64,000 nucleotides of DNA, taken from Chlamydiales bacterium (GTDB lineage: Bacteria > Chlamydiota > Chlamydiia > Chlamydiales > JAAKFR01). Position numbers and translations under genes: made by a program. Below the pieces are notes generated by a model. It searched no databases and was not told where the DNA came from. It saw only the letters and a list, made by a program, of their open reading frames with translations. Where the stretch lies: contig JAJACP010000003.1 of assembly GCA_022601445.1 (NCBI GenBank), positions 68,556-132,555 of the forward strand. Direction: 5' to 3'. This document shows, piece by piece, positions 28,858 to 38,989 of this stretch (the stretch's first letter is position 1; each line of letters opens with the position of its first letter).

Positions 28858-30561
28858 CTAAATCAGCGGATCGACCCTTTCAATTGGAGGTAGATGCCTT
28901 GCAGAACCCACAACCGTCCACGGGCTGATTCCTTGAAGTTGCGTATCACTTGGAAGTGGGTCGATGTCTAGGGACTCAAGTTGTGGCAACTGTCTGGCTA
29001 AGTGCCCTGTTTGATTAGTTGACAGTTGTGAAGCTGCTCTTGAGAAAATCAGATGACGGAGTTGTGTGAGGGCTTGCAGTTTTCCAAGAATTTCACTTAC
29101 GGGATCTGCATTGTGAGACGCCTTAAGATTACATCGAGTCAAAAGAGGAAGAGTGGCGATCCGCGTGAGTGTTTCAGGTCCTGCATATGTGCCGGATAGA
29201 TCTAAATCCTCAAGAGCTCTTAATTGTGTCAATACAGCCGTTGTTGTATCTGTCACATTATGGCTCCACCCGTTCAGGCTTAGGCGACGTAGCCCGGGAA
29301 AATGTGTCAAAAAGTCCGTAAAGTGCGTTCCGGGAGTAGGCATTCCAAGTGGGACACCTGAAACGACAAGAACCTCCAGCTGGCCCAGAGTTGATAGGCG
29401 GTGAAGGTAAGGACCGGCATTGTTGTATTCGGTCACCAATTCTAAGTGCGTGAGTCGAGTACAGGCGCTGACACAATCAATTTCTTGCGCACGCAAGGAG
29501 TCAACGTGCACACGTAGTTTATGCAACGGTAGCGTTGTGAGAGGGACTAGGCGTGTGTCTGAGCGAGGAGCGGTGACATTTAAAGCGGCTACTTCCAGGG
29601 CAGAGAGACGTGTGAGCTGCTCAAGGTTTGAGATCTGCATTTCTAGATGCCGCAAAGCAGTCAATGTTGTTAATATCTGAACTTGCTCTCCTGGAGAAAT
29701 AGTGGTTCCCCATACGTCAAGAGCACGCAATTGGGGTAGAGCAACAGCTAAAGTAGCTGCACCATCTTGGAGGCTTGTGTTGCGGAGCCCTAAGTACTCG
29801 AGACGCGTGAGCTGAGTCGTTGTGGCTAATTGAGCTGCATTAAGACCTCTTATCTTGTTAAGGCTAAAATGCTTTAAGGTTAGTGGAAGTGTGTGGGTGG
29901 TGTCAAAAGGGGTGGGGATATGGCTGACGCTCAGATGGGTGAGCCGGCTCAACGCTTGAAGTTGGACAGGAGCTAAAAAATTGCAATCATCCAGCTGTAG
30001 GTGCCTAAGTCGGGTCAGGTCTCTCCAGGGAAAAGGTTCTCTTTGGGATTGATAATAGCCTCTAGGATTTTTTAAAACCAAGGTTGTGAGCTTGGCTAGA
30101 AGGCGAGCCATCCCCTGGTGCTGAAAGGCATGTGCACAAGAGTACGTTGCACAAAGTGTTCGAAGCCCTTTTCTTCCTAAAGCAGCTAATATTTCCGGAG
30201 TGAGTTTTGTGCTAGAGAGTGTGAGACTTTCAACTGCCGACATGGCTTGGATACGTGTGGCAATAACAGCTGCAGGAGCCTGAGGCTTAAAGCGTAAATG
30301 TTTTGCCTGCGGGATCCTTGAACAGCTAGAGGAAGCTAAGCGCAGGACACGGAGTGCAGTAGCACCCGGAATACCGAGCGTAATGAGCTGTCTGGCGTGG
30401 CGGGCAATAAGAGGCTCTGGTTGAGCTTTTTTTGCAGATAGATAGAGATAGGTAAAAATACTGAGCACAACTGACACGGTTAAGGCAATCAGCTGGTTAC
30501 CGGAGATACAGGGGGGAGCGATGGCTGGCTGGGCCGAATTGGGGTCAAAATTGATGGACAT
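28858..30561 (-). CDS. Leucine-rich repeat protein with N-terminal TM segment (putative host-directed effector)
   Basis: Many LxxLxxLxL units (LTRLRHLQL, LSRLTHLSV, LTRLEYLGL, LRALEDLDLSGT); hydrophobic segment near residues 24-41. Confidence 0.75.
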   Translation of the reverse strand: MSINFDPNSAQPAIAPPCISGNQLIALTVSVVLSIFTYLYLSAKKAQPEPLIARHARQLITLGIPGATALRVLRLASSSCSRIPQAKHLRFKPQAPAAVIATRIQAMSAVESLTLSSTKLTPEILAALGRKGLRTLCATYSCAHAFQHQGMARLLAKLTTLVLKNPRGYYQSQREPFPWRDLTRLRHLQLDDCNFLAPVQLQALSRLTHLSVSHIPTPFDTTHTLPLTLKHFSLNKIRGLNAAQLATTTQLTRLEYLGLRNTSLQDGAATLAVALPQLRALDVWGTTISPGEQVQILTTLTALRHLEMQISNLEQLTRLSALEVAALNVTAPRSDTRLVPLTTLPLHKLRVHVDSLRAQEIDCVSACTRLTHLELVTEYNNAGPYLHRLSTLGQLEVLVVSGVPLGMPTPGTHFTDFLTHFPGLRRLSLNGWSHNVTDTTTAVLTQLRALEDLDLSGTYAGPETLTRIATLPLLTRCNLKASHNADPVSEILGKLQALTQLRHLIFSRAASQLSTNQTGHLARQLPQLESLDIDPLPSDTQLQGISPWTVVGSARHLPPIERVDPLI

Positions 30562-30626
30562 GATGAACCTCTCAATATTAATTGGCTAAAATTATAACAG
30601 ATTAATAATAATTTATTATTAATGAT

Positions 30627-32849
30627 TTAACTAAAAAAGATCTTCCCAAAGTTAAATTTAGAGGCTGAAAGAACATAAGCAATCTTGTTGCTTCCTTCAG
30701 TCTTTTTAAAGAGTGCTGAGAGATATTCAGAGTAAGAAGGGTGCGTTTCATCTTTGGGAGATTCAATGCCTAAAAAAGAGATATCAGCCCCTGAGGCGTG
30801 CTTGGCTAAATGGAGATGAACATCACTGTCGCACTCCGTATGGAGAGCAAAATGAAGATTTTTCATGCGGAGCATTCCTTTGTACTTCTCCCACTCCGTT
30901 AGCATCTTCTCTCTTAAGCTTTCATCGGTAAGCAGAGCGTTGACGTAAATCGGCGCCCGAGCAAGTGTGGAGCTTCCTTGAAAAATCTGAGAAAGGGCCA
31001 AAGAAAATTTGAAGCTGTTGGCCAGCTTGCCCTCCCACCAGAGGTGAATCTGCTTCTGACTTTTCTTCTTGGAAAGCTCTAGAAATGAAGAACTGATTTC
31101 AGAGTCCGATTTCCAAATGATCACGTTTTTTCCATGCCCTAAAGCTTGGTGCAGAAACGCAATCAGGTCTTGATTGTGAGTGCTGTAGCTCTCATTGTAA
31201 GGAATAATCAGGGTGTTGGGGCTTAGTGGGCCCAGTCCATAGTGCGCCGCAATTTCTTTCATACTGTGATGCACACTTATATTATGGTCGATATGGCAGA
31301 AGGCGGGGACACGTATGTCGTCTAAAAATCCTTTAATTGAACTTTTGAGCTCTAAATCTGCGCGCTCACACTTTTCTTCCTCGGGAAGGCAGAGGGAAAA
31401 GGTGAGAAAGCCTCTGTTTTGATTGAGGGAGTGGGCAAAGGCAATGAGATCGCGCTTGTTAGGCGTGTTTTTATCGATAAAAGCGACGATATTGGGGCGC
31501 CAGTTTTTATTATTTCCATCTCCTCGCTGCAACCGTTTGATCGCTTTGTTGACGATGAAGGAAAAGAGACTAAAACGAATGTCTTCCCAGTTGCCTTTGA
31601 TCTTTCTCATTGAGGACCAGATGCAAATACACACAACGGCTGTAAGCACAATAAAGGTCGCTCCGGCATTAATCATGAACATGGTCATGAAGCAGCCGAT
31701 GCTGCCGACAAGGGGGACAAACCAAGGCACTTTGAAAGAGGGGCGCCAGCTCGGGTTGCGCATCAATCCTTCAATAAAGGCAACAAAGTTGAGTAGGCCA
31801 TAGGTGACCAGGCAGACCATTGTCAAGATGGGAATAAGGTTATTGATCTCAGTGAGTAAGGTCATAACAAGGGCAAACAAGAAAACGGCAATCGTGGCAA
31901 TACGGGGTTGATTGGCTTTACCAAATCCTTTGCCTAGAAACTTGGGGAGGATTCCATCACTGGCAACGGCTTGCATGACGCGTGGAGCCCCTAAAATTCC
32001 TCCCAAGGCGCTCGATAGACTGGCTGCCCAAATGCCCATAATGACGAGATAACCCAGCTTGGGAAGATAGTAGGCGATAAAAGGATAAGAGCGGAGCATC
32101 TCCGGTGAAACGTTGCGGGATAAAAACAGGGCCACATTGAGATATAACACAAAGGCAACAACAACGGCTCCGATGGTTCCTAAGGGGAGTGCCCGCGAGG
32201 GTTTGCGTAGATCTCCAGACATCGACATGCCGGCCTCAATTCCCGTTGCAGCGGGGAAAAACATCGCAAAGGCGATCCAAAAGGGCATGGATGGGGAGGT
32301 CGCTATTGGTTCCAGGGAGGAGGGAATATTGCTCGCACTTCCCATAAATAGGGCCCCAAGGGAGACGCTAAGCACTACAAAAATAAAGATTTGGGTTTGA
32401 AGAGCAAGATTGGTAGAGATATAAGAGATAATAGCCAGAAGGACAAGCGTCGACACTTCAAAGACTTGAATCGGCACATCGGGGAAAAATTCGCCCAGCG
32501 AGAGGGCAAAACCGGAAACGCAGAGGGCTATTGAGGTGCTCTGCGAAATGCAGAGCAGAATGCCAATGGAGCTTCCAAACTCTATTCCCAGCGATCTTGA
32601 GATGATGTAGTAAGATCCTCCCGCCCCAATGCGCATATTGGTGGCAATCGCTGTGATGGAGAGGCCGGTAATAAGCAGAAGAAGAGAGGAAAAGCCGATG
32701 ATAGTCGACATCTGCAGAATGCCCACGTGCCCTAAAATCCATCCTAGTCGTAGAAATAAGATGACTCCCAGCATTTGGAGGATGTTGGGAAGGAAGACAC
32801 CTTTGATAGTGCCAAATTTTCCATCGTTCTCAGTCTTAGGACGAGACAT
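30627..32849 (-). CDS. Cation-chloride cotransporter (SLC12/CCC family)
   Basis: KFGTIKGVF.P......GVILFLRL.W, AIATN..GAGGSYYIISRSLG.EFG.SIG, FFPAATGI.AG..MSGDL, APRVMQA, WRPSF, KNWRPN, GLGPLSPNT. Start placed at ATG 32849. Confidence 0.88.
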   Translation of the reverse strand: MSRPKTENDGKFGTIKGVFLPNILQMLGVILFLRLGWILGHVGILQMSTIIGFSSLLLLITGLSITAIATNMRIGAGGSYYIISRSLGIEFGSSIGILLCISQSTSIALCVSGFALSLGEFFPDVPIQVFEVSTLVLLAIISYISTNLALQTQIFIFVVLSVSLGALFMGSASNIPSSLEPIATSPSMPFWIAFAMFFPAATGIEAGMSMSGDLRKPSRALPLGTIGAVVVAFVLYLNVALFLSRNVSPEMLRSYPFIAYYLPKLGYLVIMGIWAASLSSALGGILGAPRVMQAVASDGILPKFLGKGFGKANQPRIATIAVFLFALVMTLLTEINNLIPILTMVCLVTYGLLNFVAFIEGLMRNPSWRPSFKVPWFVPLVGSIGCFMTMFMINAGATFIVLTAVVCICIWSSMRKIKGNWEDIRFSLFSFIVNKAIKRLQRGDGNNKNWRPNIVAFIDKNTPNKRDLIAFAHSLNQNRGFLTFSLCLPEEEKCERADLELKSSIKGFLDDIRVPAFCHIDHNISVHHSMKEIAAHYGLGPLSPNTLIIPYNESYSTHNQDLIAFLHQALGHGKNVIIWKSDSEISSSFLELSKKKSQKQIHLWWEGKLANSFKFSLALSQIFQGSSTLARAPIYVNALLTDESLREKMLTEWEKYKGMLRMKNLHFALHTECDSDVHLHLAKHASGADISFLGIESPKDETHPSYSEYLSALFKKTEGSNKIAYVLSASKFNFGKIFFS

Positions 32850-32957
32850 CCAACGGAAGGGGGCTTTGATGAGTAGTCCAATTTTCATAATGAGCAGTAT
32901 ACCTGAATGGGGAAATATTCGCTTTAATTTGCTTGGTGTAGGTTCGATAGCTCGTAT

Positions 32958-33006
32958 CATAATTCGTACAATTTAGAAATTTGATTTCTAAATTGTACGA
33001 ATTATG
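32958..33006. promoter_or_regulatory. Perfect 23-bp-arm palindrome upstream of ATPase paralog 3
   Basis: CATAATTCGTACAATTTAGAAAT-TTG-ATTTCTAAATTGTACGAATTATG, ending 13 nt before ATG 33020. Confidence 0.85.
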
Positions 33007-33019
33007 GTAGGCTAGAGGG

Positions 33020-34189
33020 ATGATTGAACGCAAGCTCTCAAAGCATTTAGTGCAGTTGGCAAAGGCTTTTCCTGTCGTCTCGTTAACAGGACCTAGGCAG
33101 GCCGGAAAAACCACTTTAGTGAAGCATGTCTTTTCAGAGAAATATCGTTATATTTCTCTTGAAGATCTTGATTTGCAAAGATTTGCTAAAGAAGATCCTC
33201 GTGGGTTTCTTGAAGAGTACGACAAGTTTGTGATTTTTGACGAAGTGCAAAACACACCAGAGTTACTCTCGTACATTCAAGGGGTTGTCGATAGAGACCA
33301 CATTCCCGGTCAGTATATTTTGACGGGTTCTCAGAATTTTCTACTTCTAGAGAAGATTTCTCAGTCGCTTGCCGGCAGAGTTGGTGTTTTACACCTACTT
33401 CCTCTTGAAATTCAGGAAATTGCGGGAGCTAAGCTCTCTCTTCCTCCTCTTGAGCAGCTCATGCTTAAAGGCTTTTACCCAAGACTGTATGAAAAAACGT
33501 TTGTTCCACACGAGTGGTACTCAAATTATCTTAAGACGTATATTGAGCGCGATATTCGGCAAATAAAAAACATTCACGACCTGGGAACATTTCAGCTTTT
33601 TTTAAAAATGTGTGCGGGAAGGTCGGGACAATTAATAGATTTGACCTCTCTTGGCAATGATTGCGGTATCTCTTATCAGACGGCTAAGGCTTGGCTGAAT
33701 ATCCTAGAGGCGAGTTTTATCATTTTCTTTCTCCGTCCCCACTTTAAAAATTACAACAAACGGTTAGTTAAGTCACCGAAGCTCTTTTTTTACGACCCGG
33801 GTTTGCTATGCACCTTATTGGATATCAAGTCTGCGGATCAATTGAAAACCCATTATCTAAGAGGGGGGATTTTCGAATCGTTTGTGATAAGCAATTTGTT
33901 GAAAAGCCAGCACCATCAACTCGCAACGTCTCACCTTTATTTTTGGAGAGATCATCATGGGCATGAAGTGGATTGTATCATCGATAAGGGAGGAGAGTGT
34001 TTTCCTTTAGAAATCAAATCAGCTAAAACGATTGCAGGAGATTTTTTTGGAGGCTTGGCTTACTGGAATCGGTTGTCAGGAGGCGATCAAGCAGCTTCCT
34101 ATCTCGTCTACGGCGGCACACAAAATCAAAAAAGAAGCCATGGACAAGTATTGAGTTGGCAGAGCTTGGATCAAATTGACTTGAACTAA
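33020..34189 (+). CDS. AAA_14 + DUF4143-type ATPase-nuclease, paralog 3
   Basis: GPRQAGKTT, VIFDEVQ, LTGSQ, QSLAGR, GFYP, YIERDI, KSPKLFFYDPG, EVDC...LEIKS. Confidence 0.9.
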   Translation: MIERKLSKHLVQLAKAFPVVSLTGPRQAGKTTLVKHVFSEKYRYISLEDLDLQRFAKEDPRGFLEEYDKFVIFDEVQNTPELLSYIQGVVDRDHIPGQYILTGSQNFLLLEKISQSLAGRVGVLHLLPLEIQEIAGAKLSLPPLEQLMLKGFYPRLYEKTFVPHEWYSNYLKTYIERDIRQIKNIHDLGTFQLFLKMCAGRSGQLIDLTSLGNDCGISYQTAKAWLNILEASFIIFFLRPHFKNYNKRLVKSPKLFFYDPGLLCTLLDIKSADQLKTHYLRGGIFESFVISNLLKSQHHQLATSHLYFWRDHHGHEVDCIIDKGGECFPLEIKSAKTIAGDFFGGLAYWNRLSGGDQAASYLVYGGTQNQKRSHGQVLSWQSLDQIDLN

Positions 34190-34221
34190 AATCAAATGGT
34201 TCGCTAGATTCTCCAACGTAA

Positions 34222-34355
34222 TGACACGGGGTGCCTGAACTAGGCTGAGAAATACCCGTATAACCTGATCTGGATAATGCCAGCGAAGGGATGTCTATTC
34301 ATCTTCTTTTCACGCATCCTTCATTTCAGGCGCTCTCAATTAAACGAAATGGAGG
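34222..34355 (+). ncRNA. TPP riboswitch with SD-sequestering expression platform
   Basis: GGGGTGC..GGCTGAGA..ATACCCG..AACCTGATCTGGATAATGCCAGCGAAGGGA. CCTTCATTTC (34318-34327) can pair with GAAATGGAGG (34346-34355), which covers the RBS of the next gene. Confidence 0.95.
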
Positions 34356-34360
34356 TTTCT

Positions 34361-35296
34361 ATGAGCGCTTGCAAAACACGTACGACTTTACTACTAAACT
34401 GGTACGCAAACCCGTACCACACACCGATCTTCTTGGGAAAAGCTCTCGGCTTCTACGAAGAAGAGGGAATCGATCTCGCGATTCTAGAACCGAACGACCC
34501 AAGCGATGTCACGGAAATCGTGGGACTGGGAAGTGTCGATTTTGGACTCAAAGCGATGATCCACACAATCGCAGCGCGCAGCAAAGGGTTTGCTGTGACC
34601 TCAATTGGAACGCTTTTAGATGAGCCGCCCACAGGGTTGGTTTCGAGGAAGATTGACTCATTTGACGCTCTAAGGGGTAAGCGAGTGGGCTACATCGGAC
34701 ACTTTGGAAAGGTCATTGTAGACGATCTTTTCGCGCACGCAGGGCTGAAACCTTCTGACTACACTCCAGTGAGGGTGGGCATGAATCTGGTGGAGGCGAT
34801 CAAAAAAAATCAAGTCGATACAGGCATTGGGTTCATCAATTTCCAAAAAGTGGAGGTTGAGGATTTCTATGGTGAATCGGCTTTTTTGCGCATCGATGAG
34901 ATGGCGGGTCTTGGGTGTTGCTGCTTCTGTTCGGTGATGATGATTGCGCATACAGATAAGCTGAAACAGGATCCTGAGCGCGCTTTAGCTTTCATGCGCG
35001 CCACACAAAGAGCCGCTGCATACACAACGGAAAATCCGGAGGAGGCTTATGCCCATTTTTGCGCATATAAACCAAAAATCGATACACCTTTGAATCGAAA
35101 GATATTCATGCGGACGCTGCCGTTTTTTTCGCGCACACTACTGAACGTGGAGAGGGATTGGAACAAGGTGGAAAAGTATACAAAGCACCTAAAGGTTGCT
35201 CCAGAGACCTTTGATGCCAAAGCGTGCTACACAAATGAGTATGTGCCTCGCTCCCCGCACTGTTCTGTGGAACCTGTCTGCCAGGCACTCGCATGA
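34361..35296 (+). CDS. thi5: THI5/NMT1-type HMP-P synthase
   Basis: LLNWYANPYHTP, EPNDPSDVTE, GLKAMIH (PLP-Lys and substrate His), GCCCFCS (CCCXC motif). Confidence 0.9.
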   Translation: MSACKTRTTLLLNWYANPYHTPIFLGKALGFYEEEGIDLAILEPNDPSDVTEIVGLGSVDFGLKAMIHTIAARSKGFAVTSIGTLLDEPPTGLVSRKIDSFDALRGKRVGYIGHFGKVIVDDLFAHAGLKPSDYTPVRVGMNLVEAIKKNQVDTGIGFINFQKVEVEDFYGESAFLRIDEMAGLGCCCFCSVMMIAHTDKLKQDPERALAFMRATQRAAAYTTENPEEAYAHFCAYKPKIDTPLNRKIFMRTLPFFSRTLLNVERDWNKVEKYTKHLKVAPETFDAKACYTNEYVPRSPHCSVEPVCQALA

Positions 35297-36018
35297 AGCG
35301 GGCTGTCGCAATTGCGGGCTCTGACAGCAGCGGTGGTGCAGGCATTCAGGCTGATCTACGTGCATTTATTGACAATGAAGTGAGAGGATCGACGGTTATC
35401 ACGGCGCTCACGGCTCAAAATAGTGTAGAGGTGAAGCAGATTTCTGTGGTGCCGATCGAGATGATTGTAGCGCAAATCGATGCGGTTTTTGAAGAGGGGG
35501 TGCCCGGAGCTGTTAAAGTGGGCATGCTCTACGACGCTTTGGTGGTCGAAGCAGTCTGTGAAAGGTTAGCTTACTGGAAGCCTTCTTTTATCGTAGTGGA
35601 TCCTGTGATGGTGGCGAGCTCCGGGGCTTGCCTGTTGGAGCCCTCAGCGATCGTTGCGGTGCGCACCCAACTCTTTCCTCTGGCCACGCTGATCACGCCT
35701 AACCTGATAGAAGTGGAGCATCTGCTGAGCGAGTCGTGTGACGATTTTGTCCAAGCAGGAAGGCGTTTACTGCAGTGGGGTCCAGGAGCTGTTCTTGTGA
35801 AAGGAGGACATCACAAGACAAGAAAAGGATGGGATTGTTTGGTTGCTGCAGGCAGTCCACCCTACTGGTTGAAGCAGGAGACTGTGTCCACAGAAAATGT
35901 GCACGGAACGGGATGCCGGCTGAGTTCGGCGATCACCGCTTTTTTAGCAAAAGGGCACGCTTTAAGAGATGCCGTTTTTCATGGAAAATCGTATGTCCAC
36001 AGATACATTCAAGGATAG
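35293..36018 (+). CDS. thiD: HMP/HMP-P kinase
   Basis: IAGSDSSGGAGIQAD, TALTAQN, VKVGML, VDPVM, ITPN, VKGGH, HGTGC. Confidence 0.95.
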   Translation: MKRAVAIAGSDSSGGAGIQADLRAFIDNEVRGSTVITALTAQNSVEVKQISVVPIEMIVAQIDAVFEEGVPGAVKVGMLYDALVVEAVCERLAYWKPSFIVVDPVMVASSGACLLEPSAIVAVRTQLFPLATLITPNLIEVEHLLSESCDDFVQAGRRLLQWGPGAVLVKGGHHKTRKGWDCLVAAGSPPYWLKQETVSTENVHGTGCRLSSAITAFLAKGHALRDAVFHGKSYVHRYIQG

Positions 36019-37003
36019 TGTGTCGATTATTGGAGGTGGCGTCATCGGCCTCGCCGTTGGCTGGCAGCTGTTGCGTGCAGGTATTGCGGTGACACTTTTT
36101 GATGCGCGCAAGCCGAAGGCGAGCTCAGTGGCTGCAGGCATGCTGGCTCCTTATTCGGAGATGTTCCGTGAACGGTGCCCACTGTTTGAGATGGGTCAAA
36201 AAAGTCTCGGTTTGTATCCACAGTTTTTAGAGGAACTGGAGGCCGATAGCGGCCTTCTGATCTCGATACACACCTGCGGTACGCTCTGGGTGGGGATTGA
36301 TAGAGATGATGCGCGGTGGTTAGAGAGGCTGCGCTCTTTTTGCCCGATCAAAGTGGAGCGGCTCTCAGGTGAGCAAGCCCGTGAAAAAGAACCGCTCCTT
36401 TCACCTAGAGTCAATCATGCTTTATGGATGCCGGGTGATGCGCTGATGGATCCGGTCTCTCTTTTAAACGCTCTGAAACAGGCTTTTCTTCGATTAGGAG
36501 GCAAGTTGATAGAAAGAGAAGTCAAAAGTCTTCCTAGTGGAGAGGTGGTCGTAGCTGCAGGTGTTTGGTCAGGAGATTTTGGACTGCCGGTGCGTCCTTT
36601 GAAGGGAGAAATCGTGACTGTAAAGAGTGATCTCTCACTGACACATATGATCCGCTCTCCCCGAGTCTATTTGGCACCTGGTCCCGCGCAGACCATCCGC
36701 TTGGGAGCGACCTCAGCAGAGCTTGGATTTGATCTAGATGCCAAAGGGGAGAGCGTGCGTACTCTCTTTCAGGATAGTTGGGAGGTGATGCCTGCCTTAG
36801 ATCAGATGTCGATTGTTTCAATCGATGTGGGATTACGGCCGCAGACACTCGATCGTCTACCCCGTATTGGAGAGAGCGAGAAGAGAGGAGTTTTTTATGC
36901 GACAGGGCACGGACGTGGGGGCTTTTTACTCGCCCCTTATACAGCTTACAAATTAAAGGAGGAGATATGCAGATATTATTCAATGGCGTGCAGCAAGAAG
37001 TAG
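35993..37003 (+). CDS. thiO: Glycine oxidase
   Basis: IIGGGVIG, AAGMLAP, PLKGE, GLRP, ATGHGRGGFLLAP; thi operon context. Confidence 0.9.
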   Translation: MSTDTFKDSVSIIGGGVIGLAVGWQLLRAGIAVTLFDARKPKASSVAAGMLAPYSEMFRERCPLFEMGQKSLGLYPQFLEELEADSGLLISIHTCGTLWVGIDRDDARWLERLRSFCPIKVERLSGEQAREKEPLLSPRVNHALWMPGDALMDPVSLLNALKQAFLRLGGKLIEREVKSLPSGEVVVAAGVWSGDFGLPVRPLKGEIVTVKSDLSLTHMIRSPRVYLAPGPAQTIRLGATSAELGFDLDAKGESVRTLFQDSWEVMPALDQMSIVSIDVGLRPQTLDRLPRIGESEKRGVFYATGHGRGGFLLAPYTAYKLKEEICRYYSMACSKK

Positions 37004-37155
37004 CAGAGAAAGTCTCTGTTGCAGATCTAGTTAAGGAGTATGCAGGGATTGCCGTTGCCGTGAATGAGAAGGTGGTTCCACGCGACAGTTGGGAAAAAAA
37101 GACTTTAGCGCCCAACGATCGGATCGATGTGATTGCCCCTTACCAAGGAGGTTAA
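36967..37155 (+). CDS. thiS: Sulfur carrier protein ThiS
   Basis: MQILFNG...AVAVNEKVVPR..W...DRIDVIAPYQGG (C-terminal GG). Start at ATG 36967 after GGAGGAG. Confidence 0.93.
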   Translation: MQILFNGVQQEVAEKVSVADLVKEYAGIAVAVNEKVVPRDSWEKKTLAPNDRIDVIAPYQGG

Positions 37156-37905
37156 GTGTTAACAATCGCAGGAAAATCCTTTCAATCGAGGCTTCTGATT
37201 GGTACGGCACGCTACCCTGATCCCTCAACGCGTCTCAAAGCCATTGAGGCAAGTGGGGCTGAAGTGGTGACGGTTTCGATACGCAGGATTCATGTAGACG
37301 AGCCGATGATTACCGATCTTACGGATCGGTTTTTTGTCCTGCCGAATACGGCAGGGTGCTTCACAGCAAAAGAGGCGGTTTTAACCGCACAACTAGCGCG
37401 TGAGGCATTGAACACAAACTGGATCAAGCTAGAAGTCATTGGAGATGAAAAAACCCTCTATCCTGACACCTCGGAGTTGTTGAAAGCAGCCCATGAACTG
37501 GTTAAAGAGGGGTTTGTGGTTCTTCCTTATTGTAATGATGACCCGATTGTGTGCCAAAAATTAGCCGATTTAGGGTGCGCAGCGATCATGCCTTTAGCCG
37601 CGCCTATAGGTTCGGGAATGGGGATTTTAAATCGCTACATCTTAGAGAGAATTCGGGAGCAGATCTCGCTTCCTCTAATTGTAGATGCCGGATTGGGAAC
37701 AGCCTCCGATGTGGCAATCGCAATGGAAATGGGAATGGATGGTGTTCTTGTGAATACAGCTGTTGCCAAGGCGCATGATCCGATTCAGATGGCACACGCG
37801 ATGCGCCTAGCAGTTGAAGCGGGACGATTGGCTTACCGGGCAGGACGGATTCCCTACCAAACGTATGCAACGGCATCCACCCCTTTACAGGGAGTGTTGA
37901 GATGA
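37156..37905 (+). CDS. thiG: Thiazole synthase
   Basis: [38 protein letters not shown]. Confidence 0.97.
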   Translation: MLTIAGKSFQSRLLIGTARYPDPSTRLKAIEASGAEVVTVSIRRIHVDEPMITDLTDRFFVLPNTAGCFTAKEAVLTAQLAREALNTNWIKLEVIGDEKTLYPDTSELLKAAHELVKEGFVVLPYCNDDPIVCQKLADLGCAAIMPLAAPIGSGMGILNRYILERIREQISLPLIVDAGLGTASDVAIAMEMGMDGVLVNTAVAKAHDPIQMAHAMRLAVEAGRLAYRAGRIPYQTYATASTPLQGVLR

Positions 37906-38399
37906 GAATGGCCATCACTCCCGAAGAGGTGACAATCGAGCAGATCCGCGCGGTGTGTGCAGGACCGATTGATGCGCTCCAGTTAAGAAGAAAAAAGTTA
38001 GCGGCAAAGCCGTTGTATGCGTTTGCTCAAGAGTGTCGTCAAATCACGCACGCAAATGGAGTGAAGCTCATTATGAATGATCGGTTGGATATTGCTTTAA
38101 GTGTGAAAGCAGACGGAGTGCATTTGCCTCAGAGAGGGCTTCCCGCATGTGTTGTGAAAAACGTCTGTCCTGCGCACTTTCTTGTGGGCGTGAGTACGCA
38201 CACCGATGAGGAAGCAAGAGAAGCGGCGGGCGCAGGGGCTTCCTATATCACCTTTTGCGCTCATCAGTTGACTCCTGAGTTAGTGCAGAACATCTCCGTT
38301 CCTATTTTGGCATTAGGAAATGTAACCGCAGAATCGATTCCTCACTATTTAAATAGAGGCGCTGCTGGGTATGCGGCGATCAGGCTATTTTTTTCATGA
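37902..38399 (+). CDS. tenI: Thiazole tautomerase TenI-like / ThiE paralog
   Basis: LQLR.K, LIMNDR.D, ADGVHLP, VGVSTH; lacks ThiE's T-x-T-K phosphate loop. Confidence 0.65.
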   Translation: MRMAITPEEVTIEQIRAVCAGPIDALQLRRKKLAAKPLYAFAQECRQITHANGVKLIMNDRLDIALSVKADGVHLPQRGLPACVVKNVCPAHFLVGVSTHTDEEAREAAGAGASYITFCAHQLTPELVQNISVPILALGNVTAESIPHYLNRGAAGYAAIRLFFS

Positions 38400-38989
38400 A
38401 AGGAATTTACTTGATTACAGACTCTCTCTCGATTCTCGAAAAGGTGATTCACACGGGAATTGGAGCGGTTCAATTCCGTGACAAAGGGAGTTTAGACTTC
38501 ACAAAAGTAGAAAAGATGCGACAGCTCTGCGCTCAGCATCATGTGCCCTTTGTTGTCAACGATCGGGTGGATTTAGCACTTCTTTTAAACGCCGATGGCG
38601 TCCATTTAGGGCAAGACGATTTTCCGGTGAGAAAAGCGCGTGAGCAACTGGGAAAAGAGGTGATTATAGGTGTGACAGCTCCTACGCTAACGAAGATCTT
38701 TAAGGCCACTGAAGAGGGAGCTGATTATGTAGGTGTCGGACATTTTTATCCCTCCTCTACCAAAGAAAAAAAAGGGAGACCCCTCACGCTCGACATGTTA
38801 GAGGAGCTATGCCGATACTCTCCTCTTCCTGTGGTGGCAATTGGTGGAATCCGTTTAGAACATCTTCTCGACATGAAAAAAAGGGGAGCCAAAAGCGTGG
38901 CTATCTGTTCAGCGATTGCAGACGCTCTCTCACCAACAAAAACCGCAATAGACATGGTAAACAGATGGAACGGTACGCACAACAAATAA
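38396..38989 (+). CDS. thiE: Thiamine-phosphate synthase
   Basis: VQFRDK, VNDRVD, DGVHLGQDD, GADYVGVG..YPSSTK, VAIGGI. Confidence 0.93.
   Translation: MKGIYLITDSLSILEKVIHTGIGAVQFRDKGSLDFTKVEKMRQLCAQHHVPFVVNDRVDLALLLNADGVHLGQDDFPVRKAREQLGKEVIIGVTAPTLTKIFKATEEGADYVGVGHFYPSSTKEKKGRPLTLDMLEELCRYSPLPVVAIGGIRLEHLLDMKKRGAKSVAICSAIADALSPTKTAIDMVNRWNGTHNK

Noticed and set aside
34277-34360. Extended N-terminus of Thi5
   Set aside because: It overlaps the riboswitch aptamer; the SD (GGAGG) points to ATG 34361.
34361-35296. Annotation as ThiY ABC substrate-binding protein
   Set aside because: There is no signal peptide and no adjacent permease/ATPase, and the THI5-specific K/H and CCCXC motifs are present.
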